A stretch of DNA of 64,000 bases from Octopus vulgaris. Taxonomy: Eukaryota. Below the pieces are notes generated by a model, which saw only the letters and a list, made by a program, of their open reading frames with translations, made no database searches and had not been told where the DNA came from. The stretch spans positions 77,438,001-77,502,000 of the forward strand of contig OX597820.1 in the NCBI GenBank assembly GCA_951406725.2, in the 5' to 3' direction. The position numbers were made by a program, and so were the translations under genes. Shown piece after piece: positions 43,498 through 55,459 of the stretch (its first letter is position 1; every line of letters begins with the position of its first letter).

Positions 43498-43574
43498 TTT
43501 AATGCCAGTTATTTCATTGCTACTTAAACTACTACAGTTGTAAGAGGGTATGTTTAATATTAAGGAATAGTTGT

Positions 43575-43790
43575 CAGGTGGTAACGTGGTAGAGCCATCA
43601 GCACACTGGATAAAATGCTTAGCTGAATGTCATCCGTGTTAACCTGATTTCAAATTCCACCCAAGTCAACTTTGCCTTTCATCATTTCGGTGACGATAAA
43701 ATAAATACCAATTGAGAAGTCGGGTTAATGCAATCGACTTAATCTCTCTCAAGAAATACCTGGCATTGTGTTTAAATTTGAAACCAATAT
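43575..43790 (+). mobile_element. SINE family D, degenerate monomer
   Basis: TTCAAATTCCACCCAAGTCAACTTTGCCTTTCATCATTTCGG..GATAAAATAAATACC. Confidence 0.75.
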
Positions 43791-45584
43791 TAAGGAATAT
43801 TTGCATTTACTTACGAAAAAAACTCTGTTCGTTCAGTATTATATTTACCGGAAGACCTAGGTTGTGAACCCAATATTATATTTGGAGCGGTTGGTGGCAA
43901 TTTCCCCCAGTTGCGTGTTTTTCAATCTAACTCTGTGTGTGTGTGTGTGTGTAAGTGTTTTCTAATATTCATGCATGTACATCTTTCCTATAACAATTTT
44001 CCCTCTAAGTTTCTAGCTGTTAAATAAAATTGACTCTTTAGGAAGCGTATTATACAACCTCGGTATAATAATATATTAAGGTTTTTTCTTCATTTTTTCA
44101 GTTTTCTTTTCAAGTGTCTTTATCCGCTCTGAAGTAAGGAGCAAATTATTATCTGAGACGAAACTGTGGCATTAAGGATGATGTAAATTTATTGGTGAAA
44201 TTAATAAATACAATTAATTTAATGTTATAACCGTTTAAGCACATCACTTAACATTTCAAGTACCTCACGAGGATATAATAAGGCACAAATTATTTAATTG
44301 AAATGTTACTCCAGTTTTTATTACATGAACAATTCACTATTATTCGATTTGTCGTTATTGCACTTTGTAATACAATGAAAGATCGCTCAATGTGTCTGTT
44401 TTAATTCGTAGCAAATTATTTCAGTTTGACATCCGGTTAATAAATTATATTCCTACGAATTAAATTGATTAAGTGATTGACCTTTTATACTGATAAATTT
44501 GAATCTACTTTCAAAACTAATTTCAGCAGTATGCACGTCAATACACTTAAATTGCCTCATAGGAATTTCTGCAATAGGATTATGATTATCAATAAAATCT
44601 GATCAGCATGTGCAGTTCTATAAAGTGCTTTGATGAAAGCAAAACTAGCAATGGGTCTCTTAAATCAAACGTGAAGTTTTGAAAAAATATGTAAATGTTA
44701 CTATACGTTTCTTAAGAAATAATATTAATGTATTGATTATCAATATTATATAGCAATAAGGGATTTTAAATTAGATATTACCCCGAGTGCATTGAGATCG
44801 ATGAGCGATTATGGTAACCGTAAGTGCTACATACCGCGTTTTCAAGCAGTATATTTTATAGCCATCTGGCATAATCCATTCAGAGATATCACAGCGTGAA
44901 ACGTGATTGATGCTTAGGATTTCCCACTCATTAAACATATCAAGAAAACATTATAGCAACGAAGCCTTCTACCTAAATATTAAGAGTCTATAACTGCAGC
45001 CCGCAGCGATCGCTTCCACCACTGGAAACAAACTATCGATTAAGTCCTGGCATTGTGAACACACATTCTTAACAAAACAAAAACTGGTTTACAATGACTA
45101 GCTTTCTGCAAAAGCCAGGAGATATTGCCACCTAGGTCTTTTGTTTACGTTATTTGCGATTTTGCATGAACAAGATTGTATCTGTGCTCGTACAAAGCTC
45201 CGACGATATATAATAGTGTTTTGTTTGTAAGCGTTTTTCTTATCAGGTATGAATGTATGAATGCTTCGTGATTGTAAATGTACGGAATATTATTATAGAT
45301 TCATCTGTACATACATATGAGATAACATTTTAATATTGTTTGATAATTTGAAATAAGACTGCCATGTTTTTCTCTTCTCTTTTCTTTTTCATGGCGGGTA
45401 GTTATTTGATTACAAGGACTCACTCACTTCCCTGGAACTAAATTTTACCGAATCGGTGGGAATGAAATGCAAAGTTAATTGCGACCGTATTTGATCTCAA
45501 AAGCGAGAGGAGCTAGAAAAAAGCCTCTTGGCAATAATCTTGGTACACTAACGATTCAACAAGTAGATTATCATGATATCACTC

Positions 45585-46135
45585 TAATATTGGTTTCAAA
45601 ATTCAGCAAAAGGCTAGTAGGTTTGATAGAGGGTCTAAGTCGATTAAATCGCCCCCAGTGTTCAACTGGTTCTAATTTCATCGATCCCTGAATGATAAAA
45701 GGCAAAATGGACTACGGTAAAATATGAACTCACAATTTATTGGTGGACGAAATGCTGACAACTAATATTGGTTTCAAAGTTTGGTACAGTGACAGCAATT
45801 TCAAGGGTGAGAGTAAGTCGATTAGATCGACTCCAGTACTAAACTGCTTTTTATGTTATCGACCCCGTAAAGATAAACGGCAAATTCTGCCAGCTTAATA
45901 GTTTAAAAACCAATTTCAACAACGCAATTAAAGCAGCGTGCTGGCAGAATTCTTAGCAACGTTTGGTCCGTCTTAACATTCCGGGGTTAATCTAACGCCC
46001 AGGTAGATCTAGCCTTTTATCTATTCAGCGTCGGTAAAATAAGTACCAGTTGAGCACTAACTGGGTGGGGTAGATGTAATCAACTTACTCCATCCCTGAA
46101 ATTTCAGACCGTGTGCCAAAATCCGAAACCCGTAT
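45585..46135. mobile_element. Cluster of three degenerate SINE family D copies (two minus, one plus)
   Basis: ATTGGTTTCAAA..AAGTCGATTA.ATCG..ATCGA.CCC twice, then GCTGGCAGAATTCTTAGCA..GTAAAATAAGTACCAGTTGAGCACT. Confidence 0.65.
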
Positions 46136-46558
46136 TAAGAATTATAAATTAGAAACGAGCATACGTTCCAAACAGATATATACAGACTTATATATATTTA
46201 TATATATATATACACGAAGGGCTTCTTGAAATAAATCAATATAAAGTTCCTGATAATACAGTATCAAAACACACAAGTATATGAACAGATAAATATTTAA
46301 TATTTAAAGATTCACAAATATTTAAATATATTTTTTTAAATATTTAAAAAATACGTTGGCATTATAGATATATAAATACATAAATAGATATACAAATATA
46401 TATAAAAATATATATAAAACGTCGGTATGATATAAGATAAAATTCGTAGATATTTGAAGATATTCAAAAATACTCATGCATATAAATACACAGATAAAAT
46501 ATAATACAACAACATAATATGAGACTTATTAAATTAATAATTCACACGATAATTATTT

Positions 46559-46794
46559 ATTCGCACAATAAGATACAAGGTAATAAAGATTCAGTAGTTA
46601 CTACACAGAGTCCGGTGGAAAATTTGAAATTATTCATCAACATGACGTACTAATACGCAAACATAATGTTCCATCGACGAGCCGTTTCTTTGTGTAGTAG
46701 TATGTCATGTTAATATTGTATAATTTCAAATTTCCCATCGGACTCTGTGTAGTAACTAGTGATTCTTTATTATTTTGTATCTTATTGTGCGAAT
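46559..46794. repeat. Fold-back inverted repeat (~100-bp arms, ~27-bp loop)
   Basis: ATTCGCACAATAAGATACAA..TAGTTACTACACAGAGTCCG..AAATTTGAAATTAT..AACATGAC is mirrored at 46688-46794. Confidence 0.88.
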
Positions 46795-46985
46795 CGTTAG
46801 CATGCCGAGCGAAATGTTTATCGGTATTCCATCTTTCTTTGTGTTCTGAGTCCACCGAGGTCGACTTTTCCTTTCACCCTTTCAGGGTCGATAAATTAAG
46901 TACCAGAGGCATACTGGGGTGGATCCAATGGACTGGCCCCACTACCCCAAAATTTCGGACCTTGTGCCTAGATTAAAAAAGGATA
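46791..46985 (+). mobile_element. SINE family D lacking its first ~15 nt
   Basis: GAATCGTTAGCATGCCGAGCGAAATG..GAGGTCGACTTTTCCTTTCACCCTTTCAGGGTCGATAAATTAAGTACCAG. Confidence 0.8.
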
Positions 46986-48330
46986 GGCATTTCTTCACTA
47001 GGATGCCTTCAACAATAATGATGGTATCAATTCCAAATTTGTCAGAATATTAAACCGGAAAGAAACATGAGGAACCTTGATGCTTACAACCACAGAGTCT
47101 TGGATACAGCAAAAGCCACAACAATGATGGTACTGTATAAAGGAACAACGAAGTTGTTGTTGGATGATGATGGTGATGATGAAGAGGGGGAGGTGGAAGA
47201 AGGAGAGGAGAGGAGGTGGAAGAGCATAGGAGAGGAGGTGAGGGAGGAGAGGAGAGGAGGTGGAAACGAGGAGTATCACAACGAGAATGATATCGATGAT
47301 GAGGAGAAGGAGGAAGAGAATAATGAGAACCTGCTTGGAGGATGATGAAAAGAATGAGGAGATAGTGAATGCGATGATGGTATATTTCACGTTCATATTC
47401 CATTTTCGAAAATGCCTACACACACAGTTTCCGATGCAACTAATAATATTTTCAGAGAAATAAGTAAAAGTTCTGACATCTCAAAAAACTGAATTTGAAT
47501 TTCTTCCTGACAACTAGATGTCCACATGCCAAGATTTGAATTGCCCTCTGTGTCCGTCGCAAGAGACCTATATAAGAGTGTTATGCCTGCTAAAAGCAAT
47601 AACTAAATTTCCCTCAGATCACCGCCATCTAAAAAGGGTGGTTGTTCGATCGACTTGTGAAAAATAGCAGAGAAATATCCCTCAAATCATTGCTGGGTGT
47701 TAAGTCACTAGAAGCTAAACAACAAAATTAATGAGAATAGGAATCTACTATTGTCTGGTGATAACAGTGAGATGCGATTGTCGTGGTGGTGATAGAGGTG
47801 TTGCTCCCGACTGTAACGTTAGCAGCAATACCACCATCACTCCTTCCACTACGACCACCATAACAAGGTGATGGCTTTAGTGGGTGTGTTAGTGTTGGTG
47901 GTGGCAGTAGCGGTGATTAGACTGTGTTCATGTTATAGTATTTTCGTTGTTATTATCTTTGAGGTAATGGTAGCAGCACTTGTGTTGGAGGTTTGAAATG
48001 ATATGCAATACCACTACACCTACCACCACCACCACCACCGCTACACCATCACTACACCCACAACTTATTTGTAGTAGTAAAAGCGGTAGTGGTTTAGACA
48101 CTCGGTTTTGCTATTTGGTGTTTAGGTCAGCCCTCACTCAGCATTGTTTTGAGTTGCAATTTTTAAAATGCCGACAAAACATTTTTTCTTGTAAATGATA
48201 CATATATTTGTAACACGTCGAGCTAACACATAGAGACCTCCATCTTTCGTTCATGCAAGCCAACTGATATTAAGCAAAGCGTTATATACTAAAGATATGC
48301 AAATTCGTAGCTCTGCTTCTGTGAAGCTAC

Positions 48331-48551
48331 TAAGAGACGGTGCTGAAAATTACCTCGCTTTAGGTAAAACAAACTACAGAAGGATCAGTTAATTACGATT
48401 TTATTCAACGAATTCCCGTCTTAGATACACATACGTATTGCAGCGGTCTTTCAGTTTTTGTAAGCCCTATAAAAGAACTCGAAATGTTGGGCCACTAACC
48501 AGGCCCTTCGTGATGCCCTTAAAGCCAGGAACTTTTAAGCAGCCATTCATA
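48331..48551. mobile_element. Mariner-derived MITE, degenerate
   Basis: Imperfect TIRs GGTGCTGAAAATTACCTCGCTTTAGG / CCTTAAAGCCAGGAACTTTTAAGCAGCC. Confidence 0.55.
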
Positions 48552-48624
48552 GATTTGATATGTATGTTAATAATTGGCGACTTGTTACTCTGGGATCGGT
48601 GAACTAATTCGATTAAGGTTTTTC

Positions 48625-48820
48625 TTGTTTCTTTTATTTGTTTCAGTCATGCTGGAGTACCGCTTTCAGTCGAGCAACTCAACCACAGGACTTAACTTAT
48701 TCTTTGTAAGCCTAGTACTTATTCTATCGGTCCCTTTTGCCGAACCGCTAAGGTACGGGGACGTAAACACACCAGCATCGGTTGTCAAGCGATATTGCCG
48801 AGACACACACAGACACACAA
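48625..48820 (-). mobile_element. SINE family B, 3' half
   Basis: TTATTCTTTGTAAGCCTAGTACTTATTCTATCGG..TTTTGCCGAACCGCTAAG..ACACCAGCATCGGTTGTCAAGCG. Confidence 0.85.
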
Positions 48821-49959
48821 ACATCGTCTAACTACATGAAGTCAAAACAATTTCAGCATTTAAATGTTCTAAATTTGCAATAATTTATTTTCCATGATAT
48901 GCTCAGCGTTTTCGTTATCAACACAAAAGTTGTACAAGAGAATGTTACTTAGCGTGAATAATCCATCCACACGTACGTACCTACTTAGCTAATTACCAAA
49001 CTACTTCCACACATACACAGATGTGCGTCTTTATCCTTTTTCTGTACATTTGTTATAATTCAAAAATATATGACATGTAAATTTTCCTCCACTGAGTTGG
49101 CATTTTTTTAATAAAGAACTGGATTTTATCTGTCATTTACCTTTGTTTTTATAACTAATAATTTTGAAACAAATTTCATAATTAGTACATTCGGTTCCTA
49201 AATTTGCTATATAATGATTTATTTAGAGTCAATAGAAGTCTATACAGCCAAATATTTTATATTTTAATAGATTGAACAGTTTAATTGAAAAAAATATTTT
49301 CAAATCAAAAGAGCTAACCTCGACATATTCATCGCTGTTATTGATAAACTTGCAACATTTCATTTATTCAGATCTAAAGCAGACTTTAAAAAAAAAATAG
49401 TCAGCTATATTTTTTATGCTTTGACACTTTTAAAATCAATTCTGTTTTGTATTTACATCATTAATTTTATGAAATATATAAATAAAAATTTTTCTTCACA
49501 TTAATTTATATTTTGACATCGCCAACTTTACTTCTGAAATTATAATTATTTGATATTGTGCAAGTAATATATATATAATAAAAGTGTTGTTGACGATGAG
49601 GCGGATGAGAAAGAATATGCTGATTACATTGGCAGAAGTGATGAAGAGAAATAAGACGTTACAACGTTAACGCATAAATTGCTTAAACAACTTCATGGTA
49701 CTTTAATCAAGAAAATATGAAGAAAAACGCATTAGTAACTTCGTTTTATCTTGCACTATGATTAAAAGAATTACTTAACTGGAAAGCAGATGTATCAGGT
49801 TGAACGCAATTGGTTACGTAGCCAGTCAAAATAAAGTTATAGGTTCAACAATGCATTTCAAGTTGAAAAAAGTCTACTGAATCGTATTTCAGAAATTTGA
49901 CAAGTTATAACAAAAGAAAAAAAAAATCATGAACATATTTTTCCTTTAACGCCATGATC

Positions 49960-49965
49960 ATCACT

Positions 49966-50044
<79 letters not shown>

Positions 50045-50045
50045 C
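49960..50045. repeat. (CAT)n microsatellite
   Basis: Seen directly in the sequence. Confidence 0.95.
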
Positions 50046-50525
50046 CTATCCGTATTAAATGGCCAGTTCAATTCAGCTGATAGGAATCCAGCGTTATATG
50101 AAATGATAAGATTTCTGCTTTTTCTAAAACCTCTCTATTTGGTGTACACAATTTCCAGCTAACTCTGTGAGAATTTAATGAAGACCTTTTTAGTGAAAGT
50201 TGAGTATTTATGCGGCTAAAATAGTATGTTTCCGCCAAATAAAGAAGGTAGATTAGTACAAATGCACGATAAACCCAAGTGTTTGTGCTGACCTTAATAA
50301 GTTAATAAGTATTCCTAAGATAATCAAAAGTGTTTGTTGCTTTTTAAATGCGAAATGCTTTCTGTGACCAGACATTCTCTTGAGTAAACATTCATGTCAG
50401 TTAACCATGCCGCAGAGTTATATAAAGGAACCAACAACAGCTAATATTTTATCCTTCACATATACTTGAAGAATAATAGCAGTCTGCCCTAGTTGATGCA
50501 TTACTATAGGTTGCTTAAAATTAAC

Positions 50526-50806
50526 TATTAAGCCAAAGATTAGAAAGATGCCAGGTCGCTCCGAGTCAGACTTACAACATATAGCCCAATACAACTTATG
50601 TCATAGTCACATGGTCCGCTACTAAAGAGACAACCCCAACAAAGGGGTGATCTTTTTAAGCACCCCACCGGACGAATAACAGGACCTCATGAAAGTAGTC
50701 ATGAGAATCAACGGCCTTCCACTGCTGTTTACAAATGTATACATTATGTGCGTAAGCCTGTGTGAGTGTGTGTGTGCGTGTATGAAATATACATGCAAAT
50801 ACACAA

Positions 50807-50861
<55 letters not shown>

Positions 50862-50868
50862 AACAAAC

Positions 50869-50952
<84 letters not shown>

Positions 50953-50961
50953 GTATATGTT

Positions 50962-51026
<65 letters not shown>

Positions 51027-51300
51027 TTGTGTATTTGCATGTATATTTCATACACGCACACACACACTCACACAGGCTTACGCACATATTGTATACATTT
51101 GTAAACAGCAGTGGAAGGCCGTTGATTCTCATGACTACTTTCATGAGGTCCTGTTATTCGTCCGGTGGGGTGCTTAAAAAGATCACCCCTTTGTTGGGGT
51201 TGTCTCTTTAGTAGCGGACCATGTGACTGTGACATAAATTGTATTGGGCCATATGTTGTGAGTCTAACTCGGAGCGACCTGCATCTTTCTAATCTTTGGC

Positions 51301-51306
<6 letters not shown>
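50526..51306. repeat. ~780-bp near-perfect spacerless palindrome centred on (TA)n
   Basis: 50526-50812 is the reverse complement of 51021-51306 with 6 substitutions and 1 indel; symmetry continues through the interrupted (TA)n centre. Confidence 0.95.
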
Positions 51307-51360
<54 letters not shown>

Positions 51361-51361
51361 G

Positions 51362-51393
<32 letters not shown>

Positions 51394-51543
51394 TATATTT
51401 ATATATATATATGGTACAAAACAGAGTATTACCATTTGGTTGATAATTGATAAAGAATTACAATTAGGGCCCCTCAGTGCTTGTCTCCCGTCCGGTTGTA
51501 AACCTATGTTTTTCATCTGTCGTTGCTTATTTACTATGTATTC

Positions 51544-51610
<67 letters not shown>

Positions 51611-51614
51611 CTGT

Positions 51615-51991
51615 GGTGGAAGCACTCCGTCGGTTACGACGATGAGGGTTCCGGTTGATCCGAATCAACGGAACAGCCTGCTCGTGAAATTAACATGTAA
51701 GTGGCTGAGCACTCCACAGACACGTGTACCCTTAACGTAGTTCTCGTGGATATTCAGCGTGACACAGAGAGTGACAAGGGCGGCCCTTTGAAATACAGGT
51801 ACAACAGAAACAGGAAGTAAGAGTGAGAGAAAGTTGTGGTGAAAGAGTACAGCAGGGATCACCACCATCCCTGCCAGAGCCTCGTGGAGCTTTTAAGTTT
51901 TTTCGCTCAATAAACACTCACAACGTCCGGTCTGGGAATCGAAACCGCGATCTTATGACCGCGAGTCCGCTGCCCTAACCACTGGGCCTCC
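51615..51991 (-). mobile_element. SINE family C, young copy
   Basis: Reverse complement of 4858-5232; TSD-like ATACATATCTGT at 51603-51614 and 51994-52005. Confidence 0.9.
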
Positions 51992-53439
51992 ACATACATA
52001 TCTGTACGTATGTATGCATACGTAAGTGTATGAGATTTTGATTATGATTAGGATGATTGCGTAGTTTTATTCTTAACTATCTATAAACCATTATCAGCTG
52101 CTTTCAAGAGATATAACTGATAAATTTAACTGGCTGTATTTCAGTACTTAAGCCTATGAGAAAGGCGATCCTAATTCAATACATTGTCTAAACGTCTCTG
52201 GATATCTGCACAATCATATATAATCCCACTTAACATGCCAAATTAAATATGACGATAAATGCTCAAAAAGTAACCATGAAGCGATATAAATTGATAAATT
52301 CGTTCACTAAGATAAGAACATTAATGCCAGTTTGTATAAATCAACATCCCACGGTAGCTACCGCCAAGAGATTTAAGTAGATATCGTTATTTGTCTGGCT
52401 TCAGACATCTTTACACAATATTAACTAAATGTTTAAATTCCTTCCTTCACTATTACTGTAATAAAAGAAATATTTTACCCGTGTCTCTTCATTGAGAATC
52501 TGAACATTAGATTGATGCACATCATAATAAAGTTCCAAGTTTTGTATACTTACTGCTAAAGTTACTACAGTTCTTAGTGTAGTAACGTTTAGTATCTGTT
52601 TATATATTTTCTTCAAATGAATAATTTCAAATAGCTAACTCGTGTAGTAGTATACGTATAAATGAATGCAAAAACGGAAAATGTGTTTGTGTTGCACATA
52701 ATGTTAGACGTCTCATCAGACATGTTTTTCACTTCTAAATTCCACAGGTGTTTATAAAGCAAACTACGTCATGTATTTGTCACCAGTCTGTTGTTACTCC
52801 AAATTACTCCGGGTTGATTTCTTTAAGCAAACTCTCTATTGTTGAGAAATGTATATATCAACTTAGATTATTATTATTGTGTTGAATATATGCCTTCAAT
52901 TCTATTACTGGTAAAAAAAATCTTTATCGATTTGTGTTTCGTCAATAATTACCAGCTCAACAAGGGTCATCTTCAGCTTCATGGACGTAAATAGATATGA
53001 CTGGTAATATAAAGGTGTATTTCTAGTCGATTACTGCAAGTTCTCTATAAAAAAAGACATTGGCATCACTCCTGAAACACCACGGTAATAAAATTATTCT
53101 GAAAGCTGTAAGATATCGATATGTCTCAGTCAGAAACCTGAAGATAAATTATTGAAAGCAGTTTACTCAATGACACCGCCAATGCGCTTTAAATTAAAAT
53201 TGAACAAGCTAGCACCCATTGCCTCAATGAATGTATTTTTGGTTGTCGTTGGAAAACGAGAAAATAAAAGATTTATAGAGTTTTCTAGAGTGTATATATT
53301 GATTTATATATTTATAAAGGAACTGTTAAGTGTTTTATAAATAAACTTTGGGTTGAAAAACTTAAGAAACACTATATTGAACACTTCAATATAGTGTTTA
53401 ATTCTATAACAATTGTTGGTTGTCCCGGAAGTAATGCAT

Positions 53440-54500
53440 AAGTGGGCATAACCTTTTTGTTAACTGACAAAAGGTTGTTGAAATTACACAGGATGTAGGA
53501 AGGTTTTTTCTGTAAAACGGAATATTCAACTCAGTCATCATAGCAGGACGCATTTGCCGGATCTTTCAACCCAATTCGTTGATCCATTTCAAAAGTTTAG
53601 ATGTGCACAGTTGCTTCCATGTTTTACAAACATTTTCGCGTTGTTTATAGTATCGAAGCGTTAGTATTACCCAAAATATTTTGCATTAGACCAAACATGT
53701 ATTCGATCGATAGAGGAACACTGACCAGCCTAATTTGTCGACTGCTGTCACAGACACGTGTCTGGTCTTATGTATTAATAGAGATGTGGATTATTTTCAG
53801 ATACTTCAGGCTGGTTCCTCCTAATGCCTTCTCCTTTTGAATGTTTCTTCTGTTTCTTGTACAGGCACATTCCAGAATATGAAGAATAATAAACTAAGCG
53901 TATCATAAAACAGTCACCATAATTTACATCGCTGCCTTTTGAACTTGCGTTACCCTTCTATGTATTGTGGTTTTACTTCCAAATAATTAAGATAAGCCTC
54001 CGTTTCGTCCCTTGTCAACAAGTCAGAAGTAAAAATAGTTTTCATTGGTTCCATGCACTTTACGAGAATAAGGGAGAGTTCTTCACTTCTCTCCTTCAAA
54101 CTGCATGCAAACTACTGCAGTACCAACTTTGCTTTCATGTCGCAGCACCCGGAGTCTTTCACCATCGTCTGTAATACATATTGACCACATTCCATGTGTG
54201 CAAGAAGCTCGTCGATTCTAACTAGTCTAACGTCGAGAATTTATTCTTCGAACCACTTAAAATTGTGTCACATTCGCAATCTATAATTTCTCCATTAGTG
54301 GTTTTCCATCGACACTGGTTTTAATTATCCTTTAAATTTCTCCATCCATAATTGCACAATGATCTTTTCAATGGTGCCATCTCTAAAAAACACACACTTA
54401 GCCACGCAGCCCTATCTGAATCTCGAAGAATTTGTACACACTATCGTCAAGATTTCAGTTAATTCAGTTTGGAATCTAATACTGGCGTGCAATGCAGAAG
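53440..54500 (-). mobile_element. Ancient mariner-like transposase relic
   Basis: Minus-strand remnants LWMEKFKG..TSVD, ILDVRLVRIDEL, LTRDET (GDETW-like) and VERSGKCV lie in mariner order; very decayed. Confidence 0.45.
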
Positions 54501-55398
54501 AACTGAAAGAAAAGATATTAAAGAGGAAGAATAATTCTACCAACGTGTGCAGTTTGAAAAATCTCTCTGTTAACTATAAAATCTTGTGTCCACTTTTCCA
54601 TTACTTTCGAGAAAACACTTGTATCAGAAAGGTTACTTTCAATACACACCATACTGTTTTTACAATTTTTCTTTTTCCCTGAATACATTTCTATATACTT
54701 TAGTAAAAGGAAATAAGTAAATGAAAACCACTATCTGCTTTGTGAATTACTCCACCAATAAATTGAAATTAATGTAAACGTGTTTGTAAAACTGTCATCA
54801 AATACATAAGTCTCGATGTATTCATAATTTTAGCAGCTACGCAGATAGATACGTAGTAATGTCCATTGATTTATTTCATGTTACAGTTACAGATACACGA
54901 TAACAGTAGTTATTCGATTAACAGTACATAATCCTTGTAAATCTATGAAACAATTTCCATAGACTTTTATTATTATTATTAACTTACGTGTCAAGTATGT
55001 TTGCATTAAATCCGTGCTCAAAATCTGCACTTAGACTTACTTAGATTTACTTGCCATATTATCTTATACTGTTTTAGATTTTCAGATACTCAATGTTTTA
55101 AAATCGAAAGAAATTGTAGAGCTTTCTTTATAAAGATTCCAGTCAACTTTGCTATACACTCTACTGACAAAAATATATAAACCATGACACCAATAAAGAA
55201 TCTCACAATGCTCCATCATAAAAACACTCTGTACAAATTCTCTCGTTCTATAATCTAATTACCATTGAAGTGTTAGTGAATAGTTATTATCTCCTCTCTT
55301 TCTTCTTTCTCTCTCTCTCCTTCTTTCTCTTACTCTCTCACTCACTCCTACGCTCTGTCTATAACTATTTCTCTCTTTTTCACTATCTCTCTCTCTTG

Positions 55399-55459
<61 letters not shown>

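Noticed and set aside
42960-43500. CRISPR-like or regularly spaced repeat array
   Set aside because: The units are whole ~184-bp SINE segments with no unique spacers, no cas genes and a eukaryotic context.
47067-47345. Acidic Glu/Asp-rich ORF
   Set aside because: Low-complexity GAG/GAT repeats; not evidence of a gene.
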